Shown here piece by piece: positions 1 through 10,120 of a DNA stretch of 64,000 nucleotides. The translations under genes and the position numbers were made by a program. The notes under the pieces were generated by a model. That model saw only the letters and a list, made by a program, of their open reading frames with translations, did not search any database and was not told where the DNA came from. The stretch comes from an uncultured Actinomycetota bacterium (GTDB taxonomy: Bacteria; Actinomycetota; Actinomycetes; Mycobacteriales; Mycobacteriaceae): NCBI GenBank assembly GCA_963763005.1, contig CAVXMI010000007.1, forward strand, positions 5,009 to 69,008. Reading direction: 5' to 3'. Each line of letters begins with the position of its first letter. Positions within the stretch are counted from its first letter, which is position 1.

Positions 1-507
1 GGGGCCGACCCATTGACTGCCGTTGCCGAACAGCGCGACCGCGGCGATGTGCTCATCGCTGCCCGGCGGCAGGGGATTGGTGAAGCCCCACATCTGGGTG
101 GGGACCGCCAGGACCACGTCGGTCACTGCCGCCCCGAGCGAGTAGCCGCCCGGCACTATGCGGGTGTTCGGGCAACCGTTGATCGTGTTCTGGATGTGGG
201 CGCTCATGTCGTTGGCGCCCTGATCTATCTGAGTGTCGGCGGGATAGTTCACCGCGTAGACGCCGATGTTCTTGTTGACCTTCGAGCGCAGCGCGCTGAC
301 GAACGCGCTGCCGACTGCGCCGGTCCCGGGCGATTCCATGCGCCCGCGGGCGAACACCACTTCGACATCGGGGCAGGCCGCGGCGGCCGGTGCAACGGCA
401 CCGGGTCTACCCGCGGGAATCAAGACGGGGGTGATCAGCATCGCCGCTGCCAGCAGCACTGCGGCCACGCCTGCGGTCAGAAATCGACGTCCCAGTAGAT
501 CACTCAT
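1..507 (-). CDS. cut2: Cutinase-family protein (Cut2/Cfp25-like), 3' end runs off the window
   Basis: Hand translation of the minus strand from ATG 507 gives a signal-peptide-like N-terminus, then CPDVEVVFARG and GGYSLGAA (cutinase GxSxG). Open to base 1, absent from the ORF track because there is no stop; divergent from htpG as for Rv2301. Confidence 0.9.
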   Translation of the reverse strand, partial: MSDLLGRRFLTAGVAAVLLAAAMLITPVLIPAGRPGAVAPAAAACPDVEVVFARGRMESPGTGAVGSAFVSALRSKVNKNIGVYAVNYPADTQIDQGANDMSAHIQNTINGCPNTRIVPGGYSLGAAVTDVVLAVPTQMWGFTNPLPPGSDEHIAAVALFGNGSQWVGP

Positions 508-620
508 GGATGGTGATGTTAGCGACCTGCAGCCGCCCGCGCGCGGCGAATTCTCCCTGCGTCCGGCGGCCGAAATGCACCATCTCGGGCTCGCCGCCGT
601 ACGGCGAGCCACGGCGGTCG

Positions 621-857
621 AACGACGAGTTCGACCACCACCTCAACATCGGGCGCGTCGTCGGCCTGAGCGACGACGACATCGCCGCCGCCGAGTCGGG
701 GTCGACGGAGAGGCTCGCCGAGCGCACCGAAGCGCTCGACACGCGCACTGTGAACCAGCTCGCCGACCTCACCGTCACCGTCGGCTTCTCCCAACTGGTT
801 GGCAACTTCCTCAACACCTTCGGCCCCACCCCAGAAGGCGAGGCGATCCGACCGTGA
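621..857 (+). pseudogene. Possible C-terminal remnant of a carboxymuconolactone decarboxylase/AhpD-like protein
   Basis: Part of ORF 510..857 reads EFDHHLNIGRVVGLSDDDIAA...LTVTVGFSQLVGNFLNTF, resembling the CMD family; no credible N-terminus. Confidence 0.4.
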
Positions 858-1095
858 CAGTCCATCACCTCAACTGCGGCACCATGAACATGCCCGGTGC
901 CGCTCTCGGAGCTCTATCAACGCCAGGACCCCGACCTACTTGTCGTCTGCGCGCACGATCCCAGCCTCTTTGCGCGAGCTCGCGGCACCTCCTAGCCGTC
1001 CGGGCAACTCCCAGCGAGCGCTCCCCGATGACCCGCAGCGGGCGACCGAATCCCATCTGGGTAAATTCCAACGCTATGTCGTCGAACGGAATCTC

Positions 1096-3027
1096 ATGAA
1101 TGCACGTGTTGAGCAGTTGGAGTTTCAGGCCGAGGCGCGGCAACTGCTGGATCTGATGGTCCACTCGGTCTACTCGAACAAGGATTCGTTTCTGCGGGAG
1201 TTGATCTCGAACGCCTCGGATGCGCTGGACAAGGTGCGGATTGAAGCATTCCGCAACAAGGACCTGGACGTCGACACCTCTGATCTCCACGTCGAGATCG
1301 ACGTGGACAAGGATGCGCGCACCCTGACCGTCCGCGACAACGGCATCGGCATGACGCGCGCCGAGGTCGTGGATCTGATCGGCACTCTGGCCAAGTCAGG
1401 TACCGCCGAGCTGCGTCAGCAGTTGCGAGACGCCAAGGGCGCGGCCGCCTCGGAGGAACTGATCGGTCAGTTCGGTATCGGTTTCTATTCAGCCTTCATG
1501 GTGGCCGACAAGATCGAGCTGCTCACGCGCAAGGCCGGCGAGAGCGAGGCCACCAGATGGGAGTCGAGCGGCGAGGGCACCTACACCATCGAATCCGTCG
1601 ACGACGCCCCGCAGGGAACGTCGGTCACCCTGCACCTCAAGCCCGAAGACGCCGAGGACGAGCTGCACGATTACACCTCGGAGTGGAAGATCAGGACCCT
1701 GGTCAAGCAGTACTCCGACTTCATAGCCTGGCCCATCCGGATGGAGGTCGAGCGGCGTACCCCGGCCACCGAAGAGGGTGGCGAAGAGGTCGTCACCATC
1801 GAAACCGAGACCATCAACTCGATGAAGGCGCTGTGGGCCAGGCCTAAAGACGAGGTCTCCGACGAGGAGTACAAGGAGTTTTACAAGCACATCGCGCACG
1901 CCTGGGACGACCCGCTGGAGGTCATCGCGATGAAGGCCGAGGGCACCTTCGAGTACCAGGCCCTGCTCTTCATCCCGTCGCACGCCCCGTTCGACCTGTT
2001 CAACCGGGACGCCAACATCGGGGTCCAGTTGTATGTCAAGCGCGTGTTCATCATGGGCGATTGCGACCAGCTCATGCCCGAGTACCTGCGCTTCATCAAG
2101 GGCGTCGTCGACGCGCAGGACATGTCGCTCAACGTTTCCCGCGAGATCCTGCAGCAGGATCGGCAGATCAAGGCGATTCGTCGCCGGCTGACCAAGAAGG
2201 TCCTGTCCACGATCAAGGAGCTACAGTCCGAGCGACCGGAGGACTACCGCACCTTATGGACCCAGTTCGGCAAAGTCCTCAAAGAGGGCCTGCTGTCGGA
2301 CTTCGACAACCAGGACACCCTGCTGCATGTTTCCTCGTTCGCCTCGACGCACAGCGACGAGGAAGCCACCACGCTGGCCGAGTACGTCGGGCGCATGAAG
2401 GAGGGGCAGGAGCAGATCTTCTACGCCACCGGCGAGACTCGTCAGCAAATCCTGAAGTCACCGCATCTCGAGGCGTTCAAGGCCAAGGGCTACGAGGTCC
2501 TGCTACTCACCGACCCGGTCGACGAGGTCTGGGTGGGAACCGTGACGGAGTTCGACGGCAAGCCGCTGCAGTCGATAGCCAAGGGCGAGGTGGACCTGGA
2601 CTCCGAGGAGGAGAAGTCCGCGCACGAGGCCGAGCGCGAGGAGCAGGAGAAGGACTTCGCCGACCTGCTGACCTGGTTGAAGGAGACCTTGAGTGATCAT
2701 GTCAAGGAAGTGCGGTTGTCTACCCGCCTGACCGAGTCGCCGGCCTGCCTGATCACCGACGCCTTCGGGATGACGCCGGCGCTCGCGCGCATATACCGGG
2801 CTTCCGGGCAGGATGTTCCGGTCGGGAAGCGGATTCTCGAACTCAACCCGAATCATCCGCTCGTCACCGGCCTGCGCCAAGCGCACCAAGACCGCGGCGA
2901 CGATCCCTCGGTTGCCGAGACCGCGGAATTGCTGTACGGCACAGCACTTCTCGCTGAAGGCGGCGCACTCGAGGATCCGGCGAGGTTCGCCGAGCTGCTC
3001 GCGGATCGCCTGGCACGCACGGTGTAG
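1096..3027 (+). CDS. htpG: Hsp90 chaperone HtpG
   Basis: LEFQAEARQLLDLMVHSVYSNKDSFLRELISNASDA, DNGIGM and IGQFGIGFYSAF GHKL motifs; start placed at ATG 1096 (MNARVEQLEF). Confidence 0.98.
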   Translation: MNARVEQLEFQAEARQLLDLMVHSVYSNKDSFLRELISNASDALDKVRIEAFRNKDLDVDTSDLHVEIDVDKDARTLTVRDNGIGMTRAEVVDLIGTLAKSGTAELRQQLRDAKGAAASEELIGQFGIGFYSAFMVADKIELLTRKAGESEATRWESSGEGTYTIESVDDAPQGTSVTLHLKPEDAEDELHDYTSEWKIRTLVKQYSDFIAWPIRMEVERRTPATEEGGEEVVTIETETINSMKALWARPKDEVSDEEYKEFYKHIAHAWDDPLEVIAMKAEGTFEYQALLFIPSHAPFDLFNRDANIGVQLYVKRVFIMGDCDQLMPEYLRFIKGVVDAQDMSLNVSREILQQDRQIKAIRRRLTKKVLSTIKELQSERPEDYRTLWTQFGKVLKEGLLSDFDNQDTLLHVSSFASTHSDEEATTLAEYVGRMKEGQEQIFYATGETRQQILKSPHLEAFKAKGYEVLLLTDPVDEVWVGTVTEFDGKPLQSIAKGEVDLDSEEEKSAHEAEREEQEKDFADLLTWLKETLSDHVKEVRLSTRLTESPACLITDAFGMTPALARIYRASGQDVPVGKRILELNPNHPLVTGLRQAHQDRGDDPSVAETAELLYGTALLAEGGALEDPARFAELLADRLARTV

Positions 3028-3044
3028 CCGCGTGCCATCGCAGA

Positions 3045-4025
3045 TCAGTGGCGTTGGAGCTTCTCGCGGACCATATCGGTGAGGAAGCGCCCGGCCGACA
3101 CCGGCCGAAACGCGCGGGCCGCGGTGGTGAGCGCGTCGCGGGAATCGGCGCTCAGCTCGATGTCGGCCGCGGCGACGTTGAACTCGAGCTGTTCGACACT
3201 GGACGCCCCGGGAATGGCGACCACGCCCGGCAGGCTGATCAGCCAGGCAAGGGCCACCTGTGCCGGCTTGGCGTCGACTTCGGCGGCGACGGCGCGCAAC
3301 GTCTGCAGCAGCGGCTCGATACGGCGCAGGTTCTCGGTGCCGAACAGCGGGTTCAACGCGCGAACGCCGCCGGGACGGTTGTCGAGTCCGTACTTGCCAC
3401 CCAGTAGCCCTTGTGCCAGCGGGCTGTAGGCGATCACGATGCGGTTCTCGCGCTCGGCGAACGGGACCAAATCCTCGAGCGCACCGGGGTGGGCGAGCGA
3501 GAAATGTACCTGGTTGCTGATGACCGGACGCCCGAGCGCAGCATCGGCCTTTCGCCATCGCGCGAGCGAGTAGTTGGAGACGCCGGCCGCACCTATCGAG
3601 CCGTCGTCGAGCAGGCTGCGCATTCCCGGCATGATCACTGCGTCGGGGACTACCGGGTTGGGCTGGTGGACCTGATATAGCGGGATGCGGTCCAGCTGCA
3701 GCCGCCGCGCACTGGCGCGCTCGCGCTGCTTGATCACCGCCGGAAACGGCGCGACCGGGAAGACCTTGCTGGCCACTGCGACCTCGGTGCGCTCGTCGCC
3801 GAGCGCCTCGCCGAGGATCCGCTCGCTCTTGCCCATTCCGTATACCTCGGCGGTATCGAAGAGCGTGACCCCCAGTGCGCGGGAGCGCGAAACGATGTCG
3901 CGGGCGGCGCCGGAGGCGTAGCGGTCGCCGTAGCCCCACTCGCGCGAGCCGAACTGCCAGGTGCCGAGCCCGATCCGGCTGACTTTTCCGATTCCGTCGA
4001 CGTCGAGATACTTCATAATCGCCAC
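3045..4025 (-). CDS. Aldo/keto reductase (Rv2298-like)
   Basis: IGLGTWQFG, FDTAEVYG, YQVHQP, AYSPLAQGLL and IPGASS motifs. Confidence 0.95.
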   Translation of the reverse strand: MAIMKYLDVDGIGKVSRIGLGTWQFGSREWGYGDRYASGAARDIVSRSRALGVTLFDTAEVYGMGKSERILGEALGDERTEVAVASKVFPVAPFPAVIKQRERASARRLQLDRIPLYQVHQPNPVVPDAVIMPGMRSLLDDGSIGAAGVSNYSLARWRKADAALGRPVISNQVHFSLAHPGALEDLVPFAERENRIVIAYSPLAQGLLGGKYGLDNRPGGVRALNPLFGTENLRRIEPLLQTLRAVAAEVDAKPAQVALAWLISLPGVVAIPGASSVEQLEFNVAAADIELSADSRDALTTAARAFRPVSAGRFLTDMVREKLQRH

Positions 4026-4221
4026 CGTACTTGGCGATCACGCCCCGACAACGCTCAGTCGTCGGTCACGATGTCATCGGGGGCACGTTCTGTTCGAAGG
4101 TGCACACGTTGTGGGCTGGGCGTGTTCGCCGTGAAATGACAGATCAGGTCGATTGCGTCGTCTAACCGCAGTCCTCGCAGAACTCGTCTGCGGACTCGGC
4201 GGCGGTTTCGCCGCCACAGGT

Positions 4222-4261
4222 ATGAGACAGTTATGTATCATTCGAGTTATAATTGTCTCAT
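4222..4261. promoter_or_regulatory. Inverted-repeat operator overlapping a TATAAT -10 box; probable leaderless tetR promoter
   Basis: ATGAGACAGTTAT (4222-4234) and ATAATTGTCTCAT (4249-4261) form a 13-bp IR with 1 mismatch and a 14-nt spacer. TATAAT at 4248-4253 lies 6 nt before ATG 4260. Confidence 0.75.
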
Positions 4262-4802
4262 GGTGTTGAATCGTGACGAAGCGTTGCGCGCTGCTGCGGA
4301 CTTCCTCAGCCGGCGGCCGAACGCCACCCAGGACGAGATCGCCGCGGCGGTCGGGATCAGCCGCGCGACCCTGCATCGCTACTTCGCCGGGAAGGCTGCG
4401 CTTCTCGAGGCACTGGATCAGCTCGCGATCGCCTATATGCGTGACGCAATGGACGCTGCGCGCTGGCGGGAGGGCTCGGCCGCAGCAGCGTTGCAGCGGT
4501 TGGTGACGGCCTGCGAGCCGGTGTCGGGATATCTCACGTTGCTCTACTCGCAAAGTCAGGATTTCGACGCCAACCAGGCACAGGAAGGCTGGGCGGAGAT
4601 CGACGCCGAGATCAAGGAACTATTCCTGCGCGGTCAGCGCGAAGGCGACTTCCGCCCCGACCTGACTGCTGTGTGGCTGACCGAAGCGTTCTACAGCCTG
4701 GTCGCCGGCGCGGCGTGGGTCATCCAGGCCGGACGGGCCGCACGCTGCGACTTCACCGACATGATCACCGACCTCTTGCTGCACGGGGTGAGCCGTTCAT
4801 GA
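4260..4802 (+). CDS. TetR-family regulator (LfrR-like)
   Basis: N-terminal HTH ATQDEIAAAVGISRATLHRYF; ATGA overlap with the downstream MFS gene. Confidence 0.92.
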   Translation: MVLNRDEALRAAADFLSRRPNATQDEIAAAVGISRATLHRYFAGKAALLEALDQLAIAYMRDAMDAARWREGSAAAALQRLVTACEPVSGYLTLLYSQSQDFDANQAQEGWAEIDAEIKELFLRGQREGDFRPDLTAVWLTEAFYSLVAGAAWVIQAGRAARCDFTDMITDLLLHGVSRS

Positions 4803-6331
4803 CGCGCGCTTGGCTGGCGCTGGGCGTGCTCTCTCTCGCGGTGTTACTGATCGGTGTCGACGGCACCGTGTTGGCCCTGGCCATCCCCTTCATCGGAAAG
4901 GACCTCGGGCCGACGGCCACCCAGATCCTGTGGATCGGCGACATCTACTCGTTCGTGCTGGCGGGTCTGCTTGTGACGATGGGCAGCCTCGGAGATCGTG
5001 TTGGCCACAAGAAGTTGTTGCTCTGCGGCGCAACGGCTTTCGCTGCCATGTCGGCGGTCGCCGCCTACGCACCGAGTACTGAGGCGCTGATCGGTGCGCG
5101 TGCGCTTCTGGGCTTCGCCGGGGCAACGCTCGCACCGTCGACGCTGGCGTTGATCCGCAGTCTGTTCCCCCAGTCGCGGCTTCGTAGCGTGGCCGTCGGC
5201 ATCTGGGCATCCATGTTCTCGGCCGGTGCTGCACTGGGCCCCCTGATCGGCGGGCTGCTGCTCGAGCACTTCTGGTGGGGCTCGGTGTTTCTGATCAATA
5301 TCCCGGTAATTGTTGTGCTGCTCATTGGCGGCATCGCGTTGTTGCCGGAGCAGCGCAACCCCAACCGCGGGCCGTGGGACCTGCTCAGTGTGGGGTTGTC
5401 GCTTGTCGGCATGCTCGCCGTGGTCTACGCCGTCAAGGAAGGGGCCGAAAGTGGTTTCCGTGTGGACACGGTGCTGGCAGTTGTCGTCGGTGTGCCCGTG
5501 CTTGCGCTGTTCGTCCGGCGACAAAGCAGGCGGCCCGACCCACTAATCGATGTGCGGCTGTTCCGCAATCGAATGTTCTCAGGAGTGATCGTCGCCAACC
5601 TGCTGACGGTGTTCGGCCTTTCGGGCGTGGTGTACTTCCTGTCGCAGTTCTTCCAGCTTGTCGTGGGATACACCCCGCTGAAAGCCGGCCTGGCTGAACT
5701 GCCGGCGGCGTTGAGCGCGACCTTGTTCGGCGTGCTGGCCGGGGTAGCCGTGCGCTACTGGTCGCAGCGCGCGGTTCTTACCACCGGGCTGGCGCTGGTC
5801 GGCTTGGCGATGGCGTCGCTGACGCTGATCAGGCCGTCCACCGCCTATCCGCAACTCGGCGGAGCCCTGTTTGTCCTCGGCGTCGGCCTCGGCTTGGCCT
5901 TCACGGCGGCCAGCGACATCATCCTCACCAGCGTTGCGCCGGAGCGGGCAGGTGCTGCCGCAGCGGTCTCGGAGACCGGCTACGAGCTGGGCATGGCGCT
6001 GGGCATCGCGACGCTCGGCTCGATTGTCACCGGCGTGTACCGCGGCCTGGCGATTCCGCCGGGCACACCCGACGTGGTGGCCGCGCGCGCGAAGGATTCG
6101 CTCCCCGCAGCCATTCAGGCGACAGAGCACCTCGCCGCCGACCAGGCGCTCGCGATTCAGACGGCTGCAAAAGACGCCTTTACCAGCGGCCTGGCCGTCG
6201 CCGCGGGGGTCGGCTCGGTACTGCTGCTGGCGTCGGCAGTCGCGATATGGCTGCTGCTGAAACCGCGAACGACGCAAGCACCTGCGGCCCACGACGGCGT
6301 GGTGGACGACCTGCGCGATGCGCACCGCTAG
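4799..6331 (+). CDS. MFS DHA2 (QacA/LfrA-like, 14-TMS) efflux pump
   Basis: Start ATG 4799 overlaps the tetR stop; GSLGDRVGHKK motif A, WWGSVFLINIP, many hydrophobic segments. Confidence 0.93.
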   Translation: MTRAWLALGVLSLAVLLIGVDGTVLALAIPFIGKDLGPTATQILWIGDIYSFVLAGLLVTMGSLGDRVGHKKLLLCGATAFAAMSAVAAYAPSTEALIGARALLGFAGATLAPSTLALIRSLFPQSRLRSVAVGIWASMFSAGAALGPLIGGLLLEHFWWGSVFLINIPVIVVLLIGGIALLPEQRNPNRGPWDLLSVGLSLVGMLAVVYAVKEGAESGFRVDTVLAVVVGVPVLALFVRRQSRRPDPLIDVRLFRNRMFSGVIVANLLTVFGLSGVVYFLSQFFQLVVGYTPLKAGLAELPAALSATLFGVLAGVAVRYWSQRAVLTTGLALVGLAMASLTLIRPSTAYPQLGGALFVLGVGLGLAFTAASDIILTSVAPERAGAAAAVSETGYELGMALGIATLGSIVTGVYRGLAIPPGTPDVVAARAKDSLPAAIQATEHLAADQALAIQTAAKDAFTSGLAVAAGVGSVLLLASAVAIWLLLKPRTTQAPAAHDGVVDDLRDAHR

Positions 6332-6788
6332 TGGCTCTGATGATTGAAAAACATACGAGCCCAATAAAATTCGATCGACCCATCGCATAGCAAAGAGCGC
6401 GGTAGCCGCTGCGAACGGTCAGCTGCTTGGCGGGGGCGCTGGATCGCCTGAATGCATGCTGTGCCAGTGCAGTTGCTCCTCGTGAGCAAGGTTCTAGGCC
6501 AAGGTCATTGGCGTGGTAGTTATTCTGACCTGGGCTGAGGCTGCAGACCTGAGCGCCGCCGTCGGACCCGCATGTCGCCACCCGGGGCGCTGGCCGCAAC
6601 GACGACGGCAGCTACGTGGGACGAAGGTCCCCTGACGGCGGTCAAACACGGGCAGTTGCCGGCCCGAGAGCTTCGGCGCCTTGGCCGCGTACCGGCTGTT
6701 TGACAGGGCTCCCTGTGCGCAGAGGCTGAAAAGGGATACGTTCACTTGCAGCGTCTTGGCGTTGCGTTTGGCCGGGGAGGGTGGGTAT

Positions 6789-7568
6789 ATGGCGAAAACT
6801 GTGGTCATCGGTGCCTCGAGCGGGCTGGGGCGCTGCATTGGTGTGGGCCTTGCGCAGCGCGGCGATCAGGTCGCGCTTCTCGCCCGGCGCGGCGAGCGGA
6901 TAGCGGCCGCGGCGAAGGAAGCGGGTTCGAGCGCGATCGCCATCGAATGCGACGTCACCGACGAGACATCGTGCCGCTCGGCCATCAATGATGCCGCTGA
7001 GGCGCTCGGTGGCATCGACAACCTCATATACGCACCTGCCATAAGCCCGCTCGTGCGCATGGTCGATACCGATGCCGAAACGTGGCGGCGCGTCTTCGCC
7101 ACCAACGTCATAGGCGCGGCGCTGGCGACCGCGGCGGCGGTGCCACACCTGACGACCTCCGGCGGCAAGGCGGTCTTCCTCTCGTCCGACGCAGGCACCT
7201 ACGCGCCGCCCTGGCCCGGACTCGGCGCGTATGGCGTCAGCAAGGCAGCGCTCGAGAGGCTCGTGGATGCGTGGCGGGCCGAACACCCGGATATCGGCTT
7301 TACCTGCCTCATCGTCGGGGAGTGTGCGGGCGGCGAAGGTGACGCGCGGACAGGAATGAACATCGGCTGGGATACCGAGCTTGCCATGAAGGCTCACCCG
7401 CTTTGGTCATCGCGTGGCTGCATGCCGGGCAAGTTGATGCCTGTCGAGGATCTCGTCAATGTGGTGCACACGATCCTGGGCACCGCGGCGGCAACCTCGA
7501 TGCCGGTCGTGATTGCCAGAGGTGCGCCCGCCGGCAGTGGAGCAGTTTTGGACGCTGGTCGACCCTAG
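6789..7568 (+). CDS. Short-chain dehydrogenase/reductase
   Basis: VIGASSGLG Rossmann motif and YGVSK catalytic motif; ATG 6789 after a GGAGG-like sequence. Confidence 0.9.
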   Translation: MAKTVVIGASSGLGRCIGVGLAQRGDQVALLARRGERIAAAAKEAGSSAIAIECDVTDETSCRSAINDAAEALGGIDNLIYAPAISPLVRMVDTDAETWRRVFATNVIGAALATAAAVPHLTTSGGKAVFLSSDAGTYAPPWPGLGAYGVSKAALERLVDAWRAEHPDIGFTCLIVGECAGGEGDARTGMNIGWDTELAMKAHPLWSSRGCMPGKLMPVEDLVNVVHTILGTAAATSMPVVIARGAPAGSGAVLDAGRP

Positions 7569-7939
7569 ACGCAGAAAGCCCTTCGACCGTAGAGGTTTGG
7601 TGACAACGCCGACAGGGTTCTGGGCCCGGACGGCGTTGCCTGACATGCTGGTGGTTCTTATTGTTCGCCGACAGCGTGGGCGTCGACCGGGTTGTGCCGG
7701 TTGACGATCAGTGGCGGCTGTCTCGGCCATGCTTTTACCATGCCGTCGTCTGTCAACACCAGACTCACCTCCGCCGGGGCGGTGGTCGTAGTGCGCGGTG
7801 ATCTCTGCTCAACGGCGGCCGCCGGCTCGGCGATCGGGCCGGATTCGCCTACCGCACAGGGAAAGGCGTGTTTGGCTTCGTCGGCCGGGTGTCCGATCTC
7901 GCCGTGTCCGTCGTGCCGCTTGGCGGCGGATTCAGTTGG

Positions 7940-8981
7940 TCAGCCGGTGATCAGACTCCACAGCCCGACCGCGCCCGCCCGAAGCGCGGCACCGGTGACC
8001 TGGTCGTCCCAGTACTGAACCGAACCGAACTCCGACCGCCACGCGAGTGCGGGCCGGGTGAACTCGTGCAGCCGGTGCTCGCGGGTGGTGCCGATCGCGC
8101 CATGGACCTGGTGGGCGTTGCGCGCCACGACCGAGGCGGCGTGGCCGGCACACGAACGCGCCACCGCGACAAGGAAATCGAGGTTCGGCGCCGACCACTC
8201 GCTGGTGACGGCCGCGGTGAGCGCGGCCTCGGTCGCCGCACGGGCGAGCGCGGCCTCGGCGGCGATGTCGGCGACCAGGTTCTGTATCGCCTGGAACTTC
8301 GAGAGCGGGCGACCGAACTGGACGCGCGACGTCACATGCTCGATCGAAAGCTCCAAGAATCCGATCCAGTGCGGCACACACCTGGATCGACCGCGCGAGC
8401 GCTGACTTCAGCCGTAGCGCAGCGACCAGTGGCGCGGCTATGGGTGCACCCTGCAGGGCGGCGGGGTCCGCAGCTACTGTGTCGCGTGGCTCGCCGATCA
8501 TGTTGGTGCCGGACGTGATCGCGAGCTTGTCGATGTCGACGTCTGCTGCGTGGTGTTCGCCACCTGCTTGCCACACGAGCACGATCCGGTCGGCGGTCAC
8601 CGCCCAGGGCACCGCTTTCGCAACCCCCCGATCGTCGAGCAGACATACCGTCCGCACCGCACCGTCACCAGGATTTCCGCTCGCGTCCAGCAGCCAGCAC
8701 GCCAACAGATCGTGCTCGGCCAACGGAACTCGCACCCCGTGGCGGGCTGCGGCGGTGAGCAGTTCGGCCGCTTCGTACCAACCGGCCCCGCTGCCGCCGG
8801 ACTGTGCTGAGCCGGTCAGCCGCACCAGCCCGAGCTCGTCGAGGCGTCGCCACAGGTCCGGGTCCCGTGAGACCGTCTTTTCTGGGGACGCAGCGGGCGG
8901 ATGCGTTTCGCGGTACTCGGCGAAAACGGCGCCCATCATGTCGACCAGGGCCGGGTCGACGCCGGTCTGAGCCGCAGTCAT
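7940..8981 (-). pseudogene. Acyl-CoA dehydrogenase split by a single-base frameshift near 8355
   Basis: The N-half (ORF 7932..8981) matches up to CAALDRIL; the C-half continues in ORF 7940..8377 as ELSIEHVTSRVQFGRPLSKFQAIQ...HQVHGAIG. The junction ATTCTT-G-GAGCTT has one surplus base. Confidence 0.85.
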
Positions 8982-10120
8982 CGCATCCCCAATCCCCGCG
9001 CGATCACACCTCGCAGCACCTCGTTGGTCCCGCCGCGCAGCGTGAAGCCCGGACGCTGGTCTATCGCGGCCGACGTCACGGCCGAGAACCGGGAATCGAG
9101 ACCGCCGTTGCGGTCGGCGAAGTCGGCGATGTCGCCCTCGGCGGTGGTGCCGAGCACCTTGACCACCGCAGCGGGTACGTCGGCGGGATCTTGCCGCTCC
9201 AGGGCGCCGGCTACGGCGGTGGACATCTGGTGCAGGCCGGCGATGCGCGCCACCAGGCGGCCCAGGTCGGCAGTGCGTGAAATGCGTTGTGCAGCCATGC
9301 TTTCAGCGGTTGCCGTGAGCAGCACGAAGGTGGACAGGAAGCGTTCGGGTCCGCTGCGCTCGAAGCTCAGCTCGGACGTCACCTGCTTCCAGCCGTCGCC
9401 GATCTGGCCGAACACCATGTCGTCGGGCACGAATGCCTGATCGAGAATCACCTCGTTGAAGTGGTGCGCGCCGTTCATCGAGATGATCGGGCGGATTTCG
9501 ACCCCGGGCCCGCGCAGGTCGACGATGAACTGGCTGAGCCCGGCATGCCGATGCTCTGGATCCACCGGCGCGGTGCGGGCGAGCACGATGAACGCGTGTG
9601 CGAGGTGCGCGCCCGACGTCCAGACCTTGGTGCCGGACAACGACCAGCCACCCTCGACGCGCACGGCCCGGGTGCGCACACTGGCCAGGTCGGAGCCGGC
9701 GTCCGGCTCGCTCATGCCGATGCCGAAGAAGCACTCCCCGCGCACGATCCGCGGCAGGAACTCGGACTTCTGCGCTTGGGTGCCGTACTTGAGCAGCGAC
9801 GGCACGATCTGCCGGTCGGCGATCCAGTGCGCCGCCACGGGCGCGCCGGCCGCCAGCAGTTCCTCGGTGACGACGAACCGTTCCACGAACGAGCGTCCGT
9901 GCCCGCCGTACTCGACCGGCACCGTCATCCCCAGCCAGCCGCGCGCCGCGAGCGCCGCGGTGAAGTTCTCGTCCCATCCCGAAAGCCAGGCGTCAACGGA
10001 TGGGGTGAACAAACCGGCGGCGAGCTGTTCGGCGAGGAACCGACGAACCTCGGTTCGCAGGGTTTCCGTCGTCGAGGGAAGGTCGATGCCGGCGCGCGGC
10101 ACCAACCTCGGCAGTGCCAT
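8978..10120 (-). CDS. Acyl-CoA dehydrogenase
   Basis: GIGMSEPDAGSDLAS, GTKVWTS and TLRGGTNEVLR motifs; start ATG 10120 overlaps the upstream stop. Confidence 0.93.
   Translation of the reverse strand: MALPRLVPRAGIDLPSTTETLRTEVRRFLAEQLAAGLFTPSVDAWLSGWDENFTAALAARGWLGMTVPVEYGGHGRSFVERFVVTEELLAAGAPVAAHWIADRQIVPSLLKYGTQAQKSEFLPRIVRGECFFGIGMSEPDAGSDLASVRTRAVRVEGGWSLSGTKVWTSGAHLAHAFIVLARTAPVDPEHRHAGLSQFIVDLRGPGVEIRPIISMNGAHHFNEVILDQAFVPDDMVFGQIGDGWKQVTSELSFERSGPERFLSTFVLLTATAESMAAQRISRTADLGRLVARIAGLHQMSTAVAGALERQDPADVPAAVVKVLGTTAEGDIADFADRNGGLDSRFSAVTSAAIDQRPGFTLRGGTNEVLRGVIARGLGMR

Noticed and set aside
799-1095. 99-aa N-terminal extension of htpG in the ORF track
   Set aside because: Low-complexity, non-homologous sequence; Hsp90 homology starts at ATG 1096.
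858-1095. HspR (HAIR) or HrcA (CIRCE) operator upstream of htpG
   Set aside because: Neither CTTGAGT-N7-ACTCAAG nor TTAGCACTC-N9-GAGTGCTAA was found by eye.
2503-4041. 512-aa minus-strand ORF
   Set aside because: Arg/Ala-rich alternate frame of the aldo-keto reductase and antisense to htpG; a typical high-GC shadow ORF.
6332-6788. Hidden gene in the intergenic regions 6332-6788, 7570-7930 and 18750-19030
   Set aside because: ORFs there have no recognisable motif, RBS or codon pattern; they may be old relics but I cannot support a call.
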